Assembly: GCA_045633445.1 (NCBI GenBank)
Contig: JAZQYI010000003.1
Location: 63,733 to 127,732, forward strand
Length of the DNA: 64,000 nt
Reading direction: 5' to 3'
Source: Alistipes sp.
GTDB taxonomy: Bacteria > Bacteroidota > Bacteroidia > Bacteroidales > Rikenellaceae
Made by a program: the position numbers and the translations under genes. The notes under the pieces are model-generated. The model was not told the origin of the DNA. It made no database searches and saw only the letters and a list, made by a program, of their open reading frames with translations. This document shows positions 37,206 to 49,384 of the stretch, in pieces. Each line of letters opens with the position of its first letter. Positions within the stretch are counted from its first letter, which is position 1.

Positions 37206-38147
37206 CTACTCTTGTGATACAACAAATGAATCGATATAGAGGAATACGCGACGGTTGGTATCGGTCTCGAGCCAGATAACTGGGTTGATAAGGCCATCGA
37301 TGCGGCGATACTTATCCACTGCAGTAATCTTATGGCCGCGCAGGTCGAAAATCTTATTCTGGCACTGCATCTCGACATACTCCTTGTCGATAATATCGAC
37401 CTTCAGGCGCAGGTACTGCCAGTTAATCTTACAATCGGTCTCGTTATAGATAAGGTTTTGTGTTCCATTTGGCACATCCTTATAGCCTGCGTGGTAACCA
37501 TCCGGGCGACGCTCGCCAAACCACCAGCAGTCTACGCCCCACTTGCACCAATCGCCATCAAGGCCAAATGCCCAATCCTTATCTGTTCCAGGGGTTGCCT
37601 GGATATACTGCCACTTACGCATAGGTTTACCATCGACAGTATTGAGGTAGCGGATGCCCCAGAAGAAGCGGTTGCCATCGTCCTGCGTATCAGAGCCAAT
37701 ACCAAAGGCGCGGATAGAGTCCTCGTGCAGACCTGGCTGCTCACCATTGCCATCCACCTCATTCTGCTCACCTGTGTATGCAAACCAACACTCGAGCTGC
37801 AGATAGCGCGCATTTGGGTCCATATTTGACAGACGCTTAATGGCGTGACCCATAGAGCCTGGAGCTGGTGGCATAGAGTAAGGATTTGCCACTGGGCGGG
37901 TAGATAGTTTGAGTGAGTAGGTGCCCGACATTGAACCGTGAGTACCTGGGAAACGATAGGTAGCCGAGCTGAGCATTACAGGTGGCCACTGATCCTTATT
38001 TACCTTTGTTGGTGGAACATCAAAATCTGGATGCTCTGTAAAGTTTGGCAGTAGCACCATCCAACCATTAAAGCCGCGATCGAAGATATCGTAACACAAT
38101 ACGCGTTTCAGCGGATTGAAGCGGCTATAAAGCATAATCTTATCCAT
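37206..38147 (-). CDS. Protein of unknown function (recalled as DUF6772-like, unverified)
   Basis: 313 aa, no signal peptide; SRFNPLKRVLCYDIFDRGFNGW and GTHGSMSGTYSLKLSTRP segments; overlaps the upstream gene. Confidence 0.6.
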   Translation of the reverse strand: MDKIMLYSRFNPLKRVLCYDIFDRGFNGWMVLLPNFTEHPDFDVPPTKVNKDQWPPVMLSSATYRFPGTHGSMSGTYSLKLSTRPVANPYSMPPAPGSMGHAIKRLSNMDPNARYLQLECWFAYTGEQNEVDGNGEQPGLHEDSIRAFGIGSDTQDDGNRFFWGIRYLNTVDGKPMRKWQYIQATPGTDKDWAFGLDGDWCKWGVDCWWFGERRPDGYHAGYKDVPNGTQNLIYNETDCKINWQYLRLKVDIIDKEYVEMQCQNKIFDLRGHKITAVDKYRRIDGLINPVIWLETDTNRRVFLYIDSFVVSQE

Positions 38148-39441
38148 ACAACTCTATACCTTTATTTATTAGACGATTTTGTAACTGTTTTACATCGAGC
38201 TGTCGCGGAGTGACACCCTGCTCTGCACACATTGCTGCAGCAACACCCACAGCCTCTCCCATAGCCATACATATACTCATCACGCGGTACGAAGCGTGTG
38301 CGCGGTGTGTACCCGAGATACAACGGCCTGCTGTATATAGGTTTTCAATGCCCTTTGGAGTAAAGCAACGGTATGGCAGATCGTACGGGTCGCAGTACTG
38401 AATATGAGCCTCAGCCTGTCCAGAGCCCTCTGGGTTGTGAATATCGACAATAAATTCTGCACGGTGGACAATAACATCATCAAAGCGGCAGCCTGCTGCC
38501 ATCTCCTCGGCTGTGATGACATAGTCGCCAATCACACGACGCGTTTCGCGCACACCCGTAGTTGTTCCACTCGAGATTACGTGGCAATTCTCATAGCCAG
38601 GCAGGTGTTTATGGAAGAAATCAAGCAGAGTATATATCTGTTCGCGCAGCTCGAGATCTGCCTTGAAAATCTGCTCTACGCGGGTCATATCTACCCCATT
38701 TACTTGCGTTGTATTGACTTGACGATAACCCGGATAGACCACTGGGTGCAATCTTACGGCCGCGATACGTTCTGGCAGTTCACCCGCCTTTGCAAGGCGC
38801 ATACAGTAGTCCAAGAAGCGCTCATCGCCAAGTTTTACATCATCCACATCACCGATGCAGATAACGCCCTTACTCTCATCTACGCCCGAAATTGTAAACT
38901 CAAGGGTCACTGGCTGCATAAGACCATCCTCTCGACCCTTCTCGGTTGTTGCTCCAGCAAGGTAGCTAACAAGGCCATCGCCCGTAGCATCAACTGTAAC
39001 AGCACCCTCGAGGATAAACTGGCCCTCGCCCGCCGTAACTACAAGGCCCGTAACGGCATTGCCACTCTTGACAACATCTGTAACGGTTGTCTGCAGATAG
39101 ACATCTATATTGGGATGGTTTACAAACTGAGCCAAGAGCATCTTTGCACGCTCAAAGTCGTGTGCACGGCCCGTTTCTCCAATCATATCGTTCTCAGGCA
39201 CACCAAGCAGCGCGACAATCTCGTCGCGCATAGTTCCCTTGCCAACCATACCGAGAATAGGTCCTACATAGCCCGTTGTAAGGTTTCCTCCCACAACGCC
39301 ATAACGCTCAATAAGAGCCACACGAGCACCCTCACGTGCCGCAGCAACAGCTGCACATATTCCCGCAGGGCCTGAGCCAGCAACAAGGATATCGTAACTA
39401 TTACGAACCTCTAACTCTCGACTATAACTTACTGTTCGCAT
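38140..39441 (-). CDS. FAD-dependent oxidoreductase (FAD_oxidored-type family)
   Basis: DILVAGSGPAGICAAVAAAREG Rossmann motif, VDATGDG, GVRETRR, AGRCISGTH and RVMSICMAMGEAVG. Confidence 0.9.
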   Translation of the reverse strand: MRTVSYSRELEVRNSYDILVAGSGPAGICAAVAAAREGARVALIERYGVVGGNLTTGYVGPILGMVGKGTMRDEIVALLGVPENDMIGETGRAHDFERAKMLLAQFVNHPNIDVYLQTTVTDVVKSGNAVTGLVVTAGEGQFILEGAVTVDATGDGLVSYLAGATTEKGREDGLMQPVTLEFTISGVDESKGVICIGDVDDVKLGDERFLDYCMRLAKAGELPERIAAVRLHPVVYPGYRQVNTTQVNGVDMTRVEQIFKADLELREQIYTLLDFFHKHLPGYENCHVISSGTTTGVRETRRVIGDYVITAEEMAAGCRFDDVIVHRAEFIVDIHNPEGSGQAEAHIQYCDPYDLPYRCFTPKGIENLYTAGRCISGTHRAHASYRVMSICMAMGEAVGVAAAMCAEQGVTPRQLDVKQLQNRLINKGIELYG

Positions 39442-41167
39442 CTGATTTTGAATCTATATATCTATAAATTGAGTATAGTACTGCAATACCAACCATTACA
39501 GCCACGCCGACTGTCATTATACGCTCAACGGCTGCATCATAGCTCTCCATAACAAGTTGCTGAACAAGCAGCAGCGCAATGGCAAGCAGAGTGACCACAA
39601 AGCAGGTGACTGCCATATGAGAGTAGCGCTTTGTTGCACGCTTCATCTCTGCGCTCGGTGTCTTATCTGCCTCTGGGTCGATGATAGCCTGCACACGCTC
39701 ATAACCAGGGTCTGTTGTGCCCTTATACTTAGCCACAAGTTCCATTACAGCAAGCAACGCAGCAGGAACGACCGTACCGATAACCGACTCAAGGACATTT
39801 GGATTAATCCACTCAAATGTCGCACGCACAGTTGGGCTAAACTTAAAGGCAAGGCCGAAGATACCACAAGCGTATGTAATAATCATCGCTGTAAGCAGGT
39901 GTCGCTGCGCAAGTCGCTTAGAGAACACACCCCAGACAGATGGGATATAGAGTGGGCCGATAATCATCGTAAGCACGGTAACCACAACCTTCTCTGCACC
40001 TCCCGCATACGGGATAAGCAGCGCCAGAGCAACTATTGCCGCACCAAAAGCAAAGGTAAAGATACGACCCGTACGGATAAGTCCACGCTCGCCAATTTGA
40101 GGGTGTTTACGACCGTAAATATCGTATGTAAAGACATTTGCAAAGACATTGAGCGTACCCGAAACAGTAGAGAGTGTTGCCGACACCATTGCTGCAAGCA
40201 TCACACCCACCATACCCTTCATCAGCACGTGCTCCGACATAAGGATATATGCCTGCTCAGGATTTGCATCGGGAACAATCTGTCGAAATGCCATAGCTGG
40301 GAAGTACCAGATAAGCGGAGTAAGCAGATAGAGTACACCGACAAGATAGGTACTCTTGCGGGCATCTCTGACGGTCGGCACACTGATATATCGCTGTACA
40401 AATGGCCAATCGCCGCCAATAGTGAAGCTATTGACGAAGAACCAAAGAATCATCCAAAACCACGGATACTCCGCACTAAATGGGGTAAAATAGCCATCTG
40501 GTGCAGATGCAACAAAGTTTTCAAGGCCACCAACAGCATTTATCGAGAGTGGAATCATAAAGATAACCACCGTAATAAGCACACCAAACTGGATAACATC
40601 GGTCATAAGCACCGCCAAAAAACCACCCAAGACAGTGTAGAGCAGAGTAATAATACCGAGTATCAGAATACCCCAGCCTACGGCAAGGTGACCGCTTGCA
40701 TCGGCCATAAAGTGTCCCTCTGGCAGCACCATAAGTGTTGACATAACAACAGCAATGGCATAGAGTGCAACGGCCGTATGGAAACCGCGACCAATAATAC
40801 CGAGCAGCGTATAGAAGCTCAGCGAACGCTCGCCAAAACGGATTGTAAGATACTCTCCTGGCGACTTAATCTTCATCTCGCGCCACTTACCCGACAGGTA
40901 ACGACCCACTAAGAAGCTGGCAAAACCGAGAATATTACCGATAAGCACCGCAACAATACCAGAACGATATGCCACACCGCCCCAAATAACAAATGTACTT
41001 GCCGAGAAGAGTGTCATATATGTCGACATACCTGACAACCACCACGACGAGTTGCGACCCGCAATAAACATATCGGCAGAGGACTTGATGCTCCTTGACA
41101 CAAGCACACTCACACCAATAAGTCCGAGAAAGTAGATAAAAATTACAAGATAGTCTATTCCGACCAT
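39422..41167 (-). CDS. Sodium:solute symporter (SSS) family transporter
   Basis: Start set at MVGIDYLVIFIY; FIAGRNSSWW, YTVLGGFLAVLMTDVIQF and VQRYISV motifs. Confidence 0.9.
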   Translation of the reverse strand: MVGIDYLVIFIYFLGLIGVSVLVSRSIKSSADMFIAGRNSSWWLSGMSTYMTLFSASTFVIWGGVAYRSGIVAVLIGNILGFASFLVGRYLSGKWREMKIKSPGEYLTIRFGERSLSFYTLLGIIGRGFHTAVALYAIAVVMSTLMVLPEGHFMADASGHLAVGWGILILGIITLLYTVLGGFLAVLMTDVIQFGVLITVVIFMIPLSINAVGGLENFVASAPDGYFTPFSAEYPWFWMILWFFVNSFTIGGDWPFVQRYISVPTVRDARKSTYLVGVLYLLTPLIWYFPAMAFRQIVPDANPEQAYILMSEHVLMKGMVGVMLAAMVSATLSTVSGTLNVFANVFTYDIYGRKHPQIGERGLIRTGRIFTFAFGAAIVALALLIPYAGGAEKVVVTVLTMIIGPLYIPSVWGVFSKRLAQRHLLTAMIITYACGIFGLAFKFSPTVRATFEWINPNVLESVIGTVVPAALLAVMELVAKYKGTTDPGYERVQAIIDPEADKTPSAEMKRATKRYSHMAVTCFVVTLLAIALLLVQQLVMESYDAAVERIMTVGVAVMVGIAVLYSIYRYIDSKSDANSKL

Positions 41168-41322
41168 AAGATAGATATAGATTAATAGTTTAGCTAAACA
41201 AAGGTAGGAAATTTTTTCCGTAAAAGCAAAGATTTTGGCGGCTATTGTCTTATAAGAGGTCGGCATAAAATAAAAAGCCCCCCGCTGAAAGCGAGGGGAT
41301 ATAGAGTTTTGTAAATCTTCAA

Positions 41323-43368
41323 TTAGTGTGTTGCCGCATACCACGCACACTGCTTCCACTCAGTAACATATGCTGACATTGCGTGCAGCATAATAGGTGC
41401 AGAGGTGGTAAGGCCCGAGTAGTAGTCTATCGGATTTGCCTTATTGTTGTATGCCGAATAGAAGGTTTTTGTGTGGTGAAGGCCCGACACGGTGCGATAG
41501 AGTTGCTCAGAGAAGGCAGCAACAGCAGCAGGATCAGTACAACTCTTGATAACATAATCCTCAATATCAAAGAAGATATGTGTCGGATTACGAGAGAGGC
41601 TGATACCATCATACGACTGTACTGTATTTGGATCAATTCGCTTAAGTGAGCCATTGACACGCTTTGTAACCTCAGCCAGAGCGTCAAGCTGATGACAATC
41701 GATAACAGCTGAGCAGGCAGACGAGTAGGCGCCCTCGCGGTGTGTCTTGTAGTACTCCACAAAGGCCTTTGCACTACTATTAAGGCGGTCAAGCAGTGTT
41801 GCGCTGCTGGCCATAATCGGCAGTATCTCGTTATACGGCATTCCGTTTGCAATAATCTCGCACGCAGAGCCAAGTATATAATCTGTTGCCTCTCTTAAAT
41901 CGTACGCAGCCTCAACATTTGCCATATAGCAGGCATCAAAGACGATGTAGTTCAAGTGGCGACCCGTACTCTTTATTGCAGACGCAAGCTCAGTTGTGTC
42001 AATCTGAGTACTTGTTGTATCGCCGATATGACGCGTCATAATTGCACCTGGCGCAGGTGTCCAGATAGAGTCGAGATGCTCAGCCGAGAATGTTGAGTAG
42101 GTAGAGCTACCCCCACCCAGGCTAACACTATTTTTCGGTATCCAACCCTTACCGTGAGAGCCGATATAAAGACCATACTCATTTGCTGGAGCACGAACGG
42201 TCATATCCTGCAAAATCTGAGCTATCATCTGCTCTGTATAGACCTGTGGCAGGTCGTATGTCGCAATAGGGTCACGAACAACAGCATCAAGCCCCCTATC
42301 GTAGAATAGTTCAAAGAGTTTTCCGCTATGATTACTACTCTGAATAAAGGCCAGAACGCGTGTATCGCCCAGTTTTCCCTCCTTGATAACCTTCTCAACA
42401 TTGTCAAGATTTGCATCATAGTAACTCTTAAGGCTCATACCGAGGAAGTAGAACATCATCGTTCTGTCGGCAAGAGCTTTACGTTGCCAAACCTCTATAG
42501 AGGCCTTACAAGCGGGGTTATCTGTAAGCTGCACAGTGATAGTACCCAGCTTTCGCTCCGCATTGGTGGTATTGCCCTCCTTAACGGTAATATCGACCAA
42601 CCCCTCCTCACTTCTCTTAACCGCAATGGCAGTCGAGGTCGAAGAGACGGTAAAGTCGAAATTGGTATTCACCGACACTGTCATATGCTCACCACTCTGA
42701 CCACCCACAGTAATTCTGCTACGGTCAAACGAGAGCGCTGGCTTCTGTACTGCCGCAATGTTACCGCTAAGCGTAGTGCCTGCAACCACAAACTTAAGGT
42801 AGCCGGCAGTGTGCTCTGCAGTTGTCTGATTATCCTTTGTAGCGGCAACAGATAGGCTATACTCATCTATGCCCACCATTTTAAGCTCTGTGCTGACAAT
42901 ATCACCCTCCGAGAGCACCTCAATATCGCTCTCCTTGGTCTTGAAGACAAACGGAGTGTATACACTCTGCTCTGAGGAGAGGGATATATGCTGCTGGTCT
43001 GTAGTAACCAACGGTCGCTGAACGGCAGTAATACCCGTAAATCGTGTACGGCTTAGGCGTATAACAACACCACCGACCTCTCTTGTTGTAAGCGTTCTAT
43101 TTGGCTCTGCAATGGTTGCTGTAATGGTAACACGCTCTGTTGCCTCACCGCTTGACGGGCTATAGGTCACTCCTGGTGTATCGAGCAACTCCCACGGAAG
43201 TTTTGATGCAATGGCAAAGGTTGTACTCGAGCCCGCTTTGCCTTCAAAGACAAGTTGGTTGTTGTTTATACCGCCAAGGATTGTCAAATTGTCAATCGGC
43301 ACAGGCTCAATGCCACAACTGCTCAAGAGCAGAGTTAGTAGTGTAATGTATAGTGTAAATCTCTTCAT
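41323..43368 (-). CDS. Clostripain-related C11 cysteine peptidase lipoprotein with N-terminal Ig/BACON-like repeats
   Basis: Lipobox LLSSC; catalytic His in GSHGKGW and Cys in FDACYMAN; SACEIIANGMPY segment. Confidence 0.88.
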   Translation of the reverse strand: MKRFTLYITLLTLLLSSCGIEPVPIDNLTILGGINNNQLVFEGKAGSSTTFAIASKLPWELLDTPGVTYSPSSGEATERVTITATIAEPNRTLTTREVGGVVIRLSRTRFTGITAVQRPLVTTDQQHISLSSEQSVYTPFVFKTKESDIEVLSEGDIVSTELKMVGIDEYSLSVAATKDNQTTAEHTAGYLKFVVAGTTLSGNIAAVQKPALSFDRSRITVGGQSGEHMTVSVNTNFDFTVSSTSTAIAVKRSEEGLVDITVKEGNTTNAERKLGTITVQLTDNPACKASIEVWQRKALADRTMMFYFLGMSLKSYYDANLDNVEKVIKEGKLGDTRVLAFIQSSNHSGKLFELFYDRGLDAVVRDPIATYDLPQVYTEQMIAQILQDMTVRAPANEYGLYIGSHGKGWIPKNSVSLGGGSSTYSTFSAEHLDSIWTPAPGAIMTRHIGDTTSTQIDTTELASAIKSTGRHLNYIVFDACYMANVEAAYDLREATDYILGSACEIIANGMPYNEILPIMASSATLLDRLNSSAKAFVEYYKTHREGAYSSACSAVIDCHQLDALAEVTKRVNGSLKRIDPNTVQSYDGISLSRNPTHIFFDIEDYVIKSCTDPAAVAAFSEQLYRTVSGLHHTKTFYSAYNNKANPIDYYSGLTTSAPIMLHAMSAYVTEWKQCAWYAATH

Positions 43369-43369
43369 T

Positions 43370-44104
43370 CTATTTGTATTCTCGTGGTTTCATATTGTTA
43401 ATCTGCCAAGTTCTATCTCGCTGGAATGTATAGTCATCTGGCTTATTCCAGTATACTCGGCTGTAGTCAAAGTAGTAGCCCTTAAGTTTATCTTTCGGCA
43501 CATCAAATGGTACAAACTCCACAGTGCGGCTGATAATCTTACCCTTGCGCTGGTTCCAACCCTTGGCTGCGATAAAATCTACACCGTGCGAGAAGAAGAT
43601 GATGTGCATCGGCTCCTTCTCCTTTGCGCCACTACCCGAAGAGTCTATCGTACGCAGAATTGCAGCAAGGTGGTCAGCATACATCTGCTCACGTCTGCGG
43701 TCGCCTGCAGTACCATAGGCATAGGCCATAATATTGAGCAACTTTGGCGAGAATGGATCCTGCTCCATAGCCTCGCTGCAAGCGGCAATTAGCTCATCTA
43801 TATCGGCAATAGACGGGGTGTCGATAGCGATACGCGCCATAATATTCTGCACCTTGGTCATACCCGGATTATCGTTGAGCGGACGATATGCTGCCTGATA
43901 GGCATAACCATAGTAGAGGTAGTGATACTGCTCATCTGTAAGCGGCTCACCAGCCTGATAGCGCATCATCAGATTGGGATAGTAATAGTCTGACTTGCTA
44001 TCGTTTATAGCGGCAAAAATCTTGTCGTTATCAGGCACTTGTGCCGTAGCAACAGCACTGACAACAACAAGCAATAATGTAGCAAAAAAGCCTCTAACAC
44101 TCAT
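43370..44104 (-). CDS. DUF4919-like secreted protein
   Basis: Signal peptide; YYPNLMMRY, YHYLYYGY, DPFS, IDSSGSG and YYFD motifs. Confidence 0.72.
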   Translation of the reverse strand: MSVRGFFATLLLVVVSAVATAQVPDNDKIFAAINDSKSDYYYPNLMMRYQAGEPLTDEQYHYLYYGYAYQAAYRPLNDNPGMTKVQNIMARIAIDTPSIADIDELIAACSEAMEQDPFSPKLLNIMAYAYGTAGDRRREQMYADHLAAILRTIDSSGSGAKEKEPMHIIFFSHGVDFIAAKGWNQRKGKIISRTVEFVPFDVPKDKLKGYYFDYSRVYWNKPDDYTFQRDRTWQINNMKPREYK

Positions 44105-44996
44105 AACGTATAATCTCCATTCGTTGACGAATATCGAGCTCCACGCTCGCCTCTACAAGTGGCAGACGAACGGTCGGTGTGCAGATATTCATCGTTGCAA
44201 GTGCATTTTTTATGCCGACAGGGTTACCCTCAACAAAGAGTGTGTCGATAATTGCATTAAGTCTACCAATCTCATACTCCGCCTTCTCGAAGTTCCCCTC
44301 AAGGGCCAAATCGGTAAAGCTCTTCACCGCCTTTGGATAGAGGTGAGCAAGCACCGAGAGGACACCCTTACCACCGCGGCGAATAGCCTCAACTGTAAGA
44401 CCATCATCACCACTGACAAGGATAAAATCCTCACGCACGGCAGCCACAGCACGGCAGACAGCCTCCATCTGCTCTACATCGCCCGACGCCTCCTTAATTG
44501 CGAAGATATTTGGACACTCTGCCACAATGCGAGCCACGGTCTGCGGCGCCATATTTACCCCCGTACGACCAGGGATGTTATAGAGCATTATTGGCAGCGG
44601 AGAGGCAGCAGAGATAGCCTTAAAGTGGCGATACAGACCCTCTTGATTAGGCTTATTGTAGTACGGATTTACGCTCAACACAGCATCATAGCCCGTAAAA
44701 TCCCAGCTCTTAAGTGTTGCCACAACATCGGCAGTGCAGTTACCGCCGACACCCACCATAAGCGCCACACGACCCGCTGCACGCTCACGGATAAATCGAG
44801 AAACGGCAACACGCTCGGCGGCTGTCAGGGTCGGCGTTTCTGAAGTTGTGCCTAAAGCAAGCAGATAGTCCACACCGCCCTCTATTACGCGATCAATAAT
44901 CGCTGCCAGAGCGGCAAAGTCTATACTGCCTCGGCTATCAAATGGTGTAACAAGCGCCACACCAACACCAGTAAATTTATCTATAATCTTTTTCAT
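44094..44996 (-). CDS. dapA: 4-hydroxy-tetrahydrodipicolinate synthase
   Basis: GVALVTPF, LGTTSE, PYYNKP, LYNIPGRTG, AIKEASG and NPVGIK motifs. Confidence 0.96.
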   Translation of the reverse strand: MKKIIDKFTGVGVALVTPFDSRGSIDFAALAAIIDRVIEGGVDYLLALGTTSETPTLTAAERVAVSRFIRERAAGRVALMVGVGGNCTADVVATLKSWDFTGYDAVLSVNPYYNKPNQEGLYRHFKAISAASPLPIMLYNIPGRTGVNMAPQTVARIVAECPNIFAIKEASGDVEQMEAVCRAVAAVREDFILVSGDDGLTVEAIRRGGKGVLSVLAHLYPKAVKSFTDLALEGNFEKAEYEIGRLNAIIDTLFVEGNPVGIKNALATMNICTPTVRLPLVEASVELDIRQRMEIIRYEC

Positions 44997-45006
44997 AATA
45001 TTCTCA

Positions 45007-47130
<2,124 letters not shown>

Positions 47131-47246
47131 TCAAAAAAAAATCAAAAAAAAACTTTGAAATTGGCGCAATAACAAATTTTTGCTTATACTTGCACCCGAA
47201 TTGGCAAACAAATAGGTTAGAAACAGATAAGATAAACAATACAACT

Positions 47247-47579
47247 ATGGCACCAAACAATAAGAGAAAATCAGTAGTTAGCTTCAACAACCTTCCACTG
47301 GAGCTTCAGGAGGCGGTAAAGGCAGCATATCCTAACGGCTATTTAGACGATATGATTCGTGTAGACAAGCCAAATGGCGACTTCTTCTTCGCAGTAACCT
47401 TCGAGACTGAGGAGGTTAGCTACCTTGTAAAGATCGACGTTAAGATTGACGACATTACCGACGACGATGACGACAAGGAGTACTACGACGACGAGATTAA
47501 GGGCGCAGACCAGATCCAGGATGATGAGGAAGAGGAGGAGCGCCGTCCATCTCCAATCGAGTTCGACGACGAAGATTAA
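47247..47579 (+). CDS. Small conserved protein with highly acidic C-terminal tail
   Basis: Start set at MAPNNKRKSVV; about 65-aa folded part (AYPNGY, YLVKIDVK) followed by a D/E-rich tail. Confidence 0.8.
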   Translation: MAPNNKRKSVVSFNNLPLELQEAVKAAYPNGYLDDMIRVDKPNGDFFFAVTFETEEVSYLVKIDVKIDDITDDDDDKEYYDDEIKGADQIQDDEEEEERRPSPIEFDDED

Positions 47580-47590
47580 TTAAAGAGTGA

Positions 47591-47627
47591 ATAAATTGCC
47601 TTTGCTTATATTGCAGGGGCAATTTAT
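47591..47627 (+). terminator. Terminator-like inverted repeat
   Basis: ATAAATTGCCTTTGC-ttatatt-GCAGGGGCAATTTAT. Confidence 0.7.
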
Positions 47628-47662
47628 ATCATTTTTACACGTTATATTAAAAACGTAAAACT

Positions 47663-48478
47663 ATGAGCTACAATCTGTTAAAGGGCAAAAAGGGTATTAT
47701 TTTCGGCGCGCTGAACGAGCATTCTATTGCTTGGAAGGTGGCTGAGATGGCTGTAGCAGAGGGTGCAGAGATTGTACTGACAAACACCCCTGTATCGCTG
47801 CGACTTGGTGAGATTAACCGTCTTGCCGAGACTTGTAATGCCCCTATTATTGCGGCAGATGCAACAGTAGTAGAGGATCTTGAGAGCCTCGTAGATCAGG
47901 CTATGGAGCACTTTGGCGGCAAGATTGACTTTGTGCTGCACTCTGTAGGCATGTCGCCAAATGTTCGCAAGAGCGTTCCATACCAGCAGCTCAACTACAC
48001 ATTTTTAGACAAGACTCTCGACATCTCGGCAATATCTTTCCACAAGATTATGCAGGTGCTCTACAATAAGCAGGCGATGAACGAGTGGGGATCTATCCTT
48101 GCCCTCTCATACCTCGCAGCACAGCGCACCATTGTCGGATATAACGATATGGCAGATGCTAAGGCGCTGCTTGAGTCTATTGCCCGCTCGTTCGGAGCGG
48201 TGTTTGGCAAGGAGTTCAAGGTGCGAGTAAATACCGTATCGCAGTCCCCTACCCCAACCACCGCAGGTATGGGTGTTTCGGGCATGAGCGATATGCTCAA
48301 CTTTGCCAACGCAATGTCGCCACTTGGCAATGCAACTGCCGAGGATTGCGCCGCATATTGCGTGACACTTTTCAGCGATTTAACCCGCAAAGTAACGATG
48401 CAAAATCTCTACCACGACGGAGGCTTCTCGTCGATGGGACTTTCGGAGGAAATTTTTAATCAAATAGCTGAGCATTAA
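47663..48478 (+). CDS. fabI: Enoyl-ACP reductase
   Basis: GIIFGALNEHSIAWKVA, YNDMADAK (YxxMxxxK) and VRVNTVSQSP motifs. Confidence 0.94.
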   Translation: MSYNLLKGKKGIIFGALNEHSIAWKVAEMAVAEGAEIVLTNTPVSLRLGEINRLAETCNAPIIAADATVVEDLESLVDQAMEHFGGKIDFVLHSVGMSPNVRKSVPYQQLNYTFLDKTLDISAISFHKIMQVLYNKQAMNEWGSILALSYLAAQRTIVGYNDMADAKALLESIARSFGAVFGKEFKVRVNTVSQSPTPTTAGMGVSGMSDMLNFANAMSPLGNATAEDCAAYCVTLFSDLTRKVTMQNLYHDGGFSSMGLSEEIFNQIAEH

Positions 48479-48486
48479 TATTTTAG

Positions 48487-48548
48487 CTTTTGGCTATTGG
48501 CCGTTAGCTATTGGCTTAACATCCGCAAATTTGCGGATGTTTTTTTGT
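48487..48548 (+). repeat. Heptamer array followed by an ATCCGC terminator hairpin
   Basis: CTTTTGG CTATTGG CCGTTAG CTATTGG, then AACATCCGCAAAT-TTGCGGATGTT and a T tract. Confidence 0.8.
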
Positions 48549-48688
48549 TTATTTTGCAGCTAAAAGTCTGGCTGTTTTTCCTCTTTTTTTCGACCTTCCC
48601 TGTTTTATTATCTGGCGATAAAATTCAAATTTGGTAAAACGGAAAAAAATTCCTACCTTTGTCCTGACACGCACGCATAATTTTTGTA

Positions 48689-49357
48689 ATGACAGGAACT
48701 TATTGTGCAGTTTTATTGCTACTGATGATAGCATACCTTTTGGGGTCGATACCAAGTGCCGTCTGGATTGGAAGGCACTATTATGGTATTGACGTACGCG
48801 AGCACGGCAGCAAAAATGCCGGTGCGACCAATATGTTGCGTGTACTGGGTCTGAGAGCCGCACTTCCTGTATTTGTAATCGACTTTCTCAAGGGCTTTAT
48901 TGCCGTTACACTGATGGCATTGTTACGCTTTGATGCGACAATTTCGCCGATGTGGATTATCAATCTGAAGATTATTGCAGTTGCCCCCGTAGTGCTGGGT
49001 CATATCTTCCCTATCTTCGCATCTTTCAAGGGTGGAAAGGGCGTTTCGACACTCGTTGGAGCGATTACTGGCATACAGCCACACTTGGCGCTGATGTGTC
49101 TTGCGGTATGGGTTTTGATATTCATTTTCACCCATTATGTGTCGCTTGCATCCATTGGTGCTGGGTGCGCATTCCCGATTTTTGTATCGATATTTTCGAC
49201 AATCAACTATCTCCGTCACGGAGATACATCTATAGCATTTATTGTCTTCTCTGTTGCCGTTGCGGTGTTGCTGATATGGACTCACCGAGCCAATATCGTA
49301 AGGCTTAAGCGGGGAGAGGAGAGTAAGACCTATATTTGGGAGAATAAAAAAGAGTAA
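48689..49357 (+). CDS. plsY: Glycerol-3-phosphate acyltransferase
   Basis: YLLGSIP, GSKNAGATN, GHIFPIF..FKGGKGV and HRANIVRL..GEE motifs. Confidence 0.95.
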   Translation: MTGTYCAVLLLLMIAYLLGSIPSAVWIGRHYYGIDVREHGSKNAGATNMLRVLGLRAALPVFVIDFLKGFIAVTLMALLRFDATISPMWIINLKIIAVAPVVLGHIFPIFASFKGGKGVSTLVGAITGIQPHLALMCLAVWVLIFIFTHYVSLASIGAGCAFPIFVSIFSTINYLRHGDTSIAFIVFSVAVAVLLIWTHRANIVRLKRGEESKTYIWENKKE

Positions 49358-49384
49358 AAACACCTTATTTATATTGTATTTTTT

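Noticed and set aside
36472-41322. Integrative island at tRNA-Pro
   Set aside because: No integrase and no direct-repeat copy of the tRNA 3' end was found in the window.
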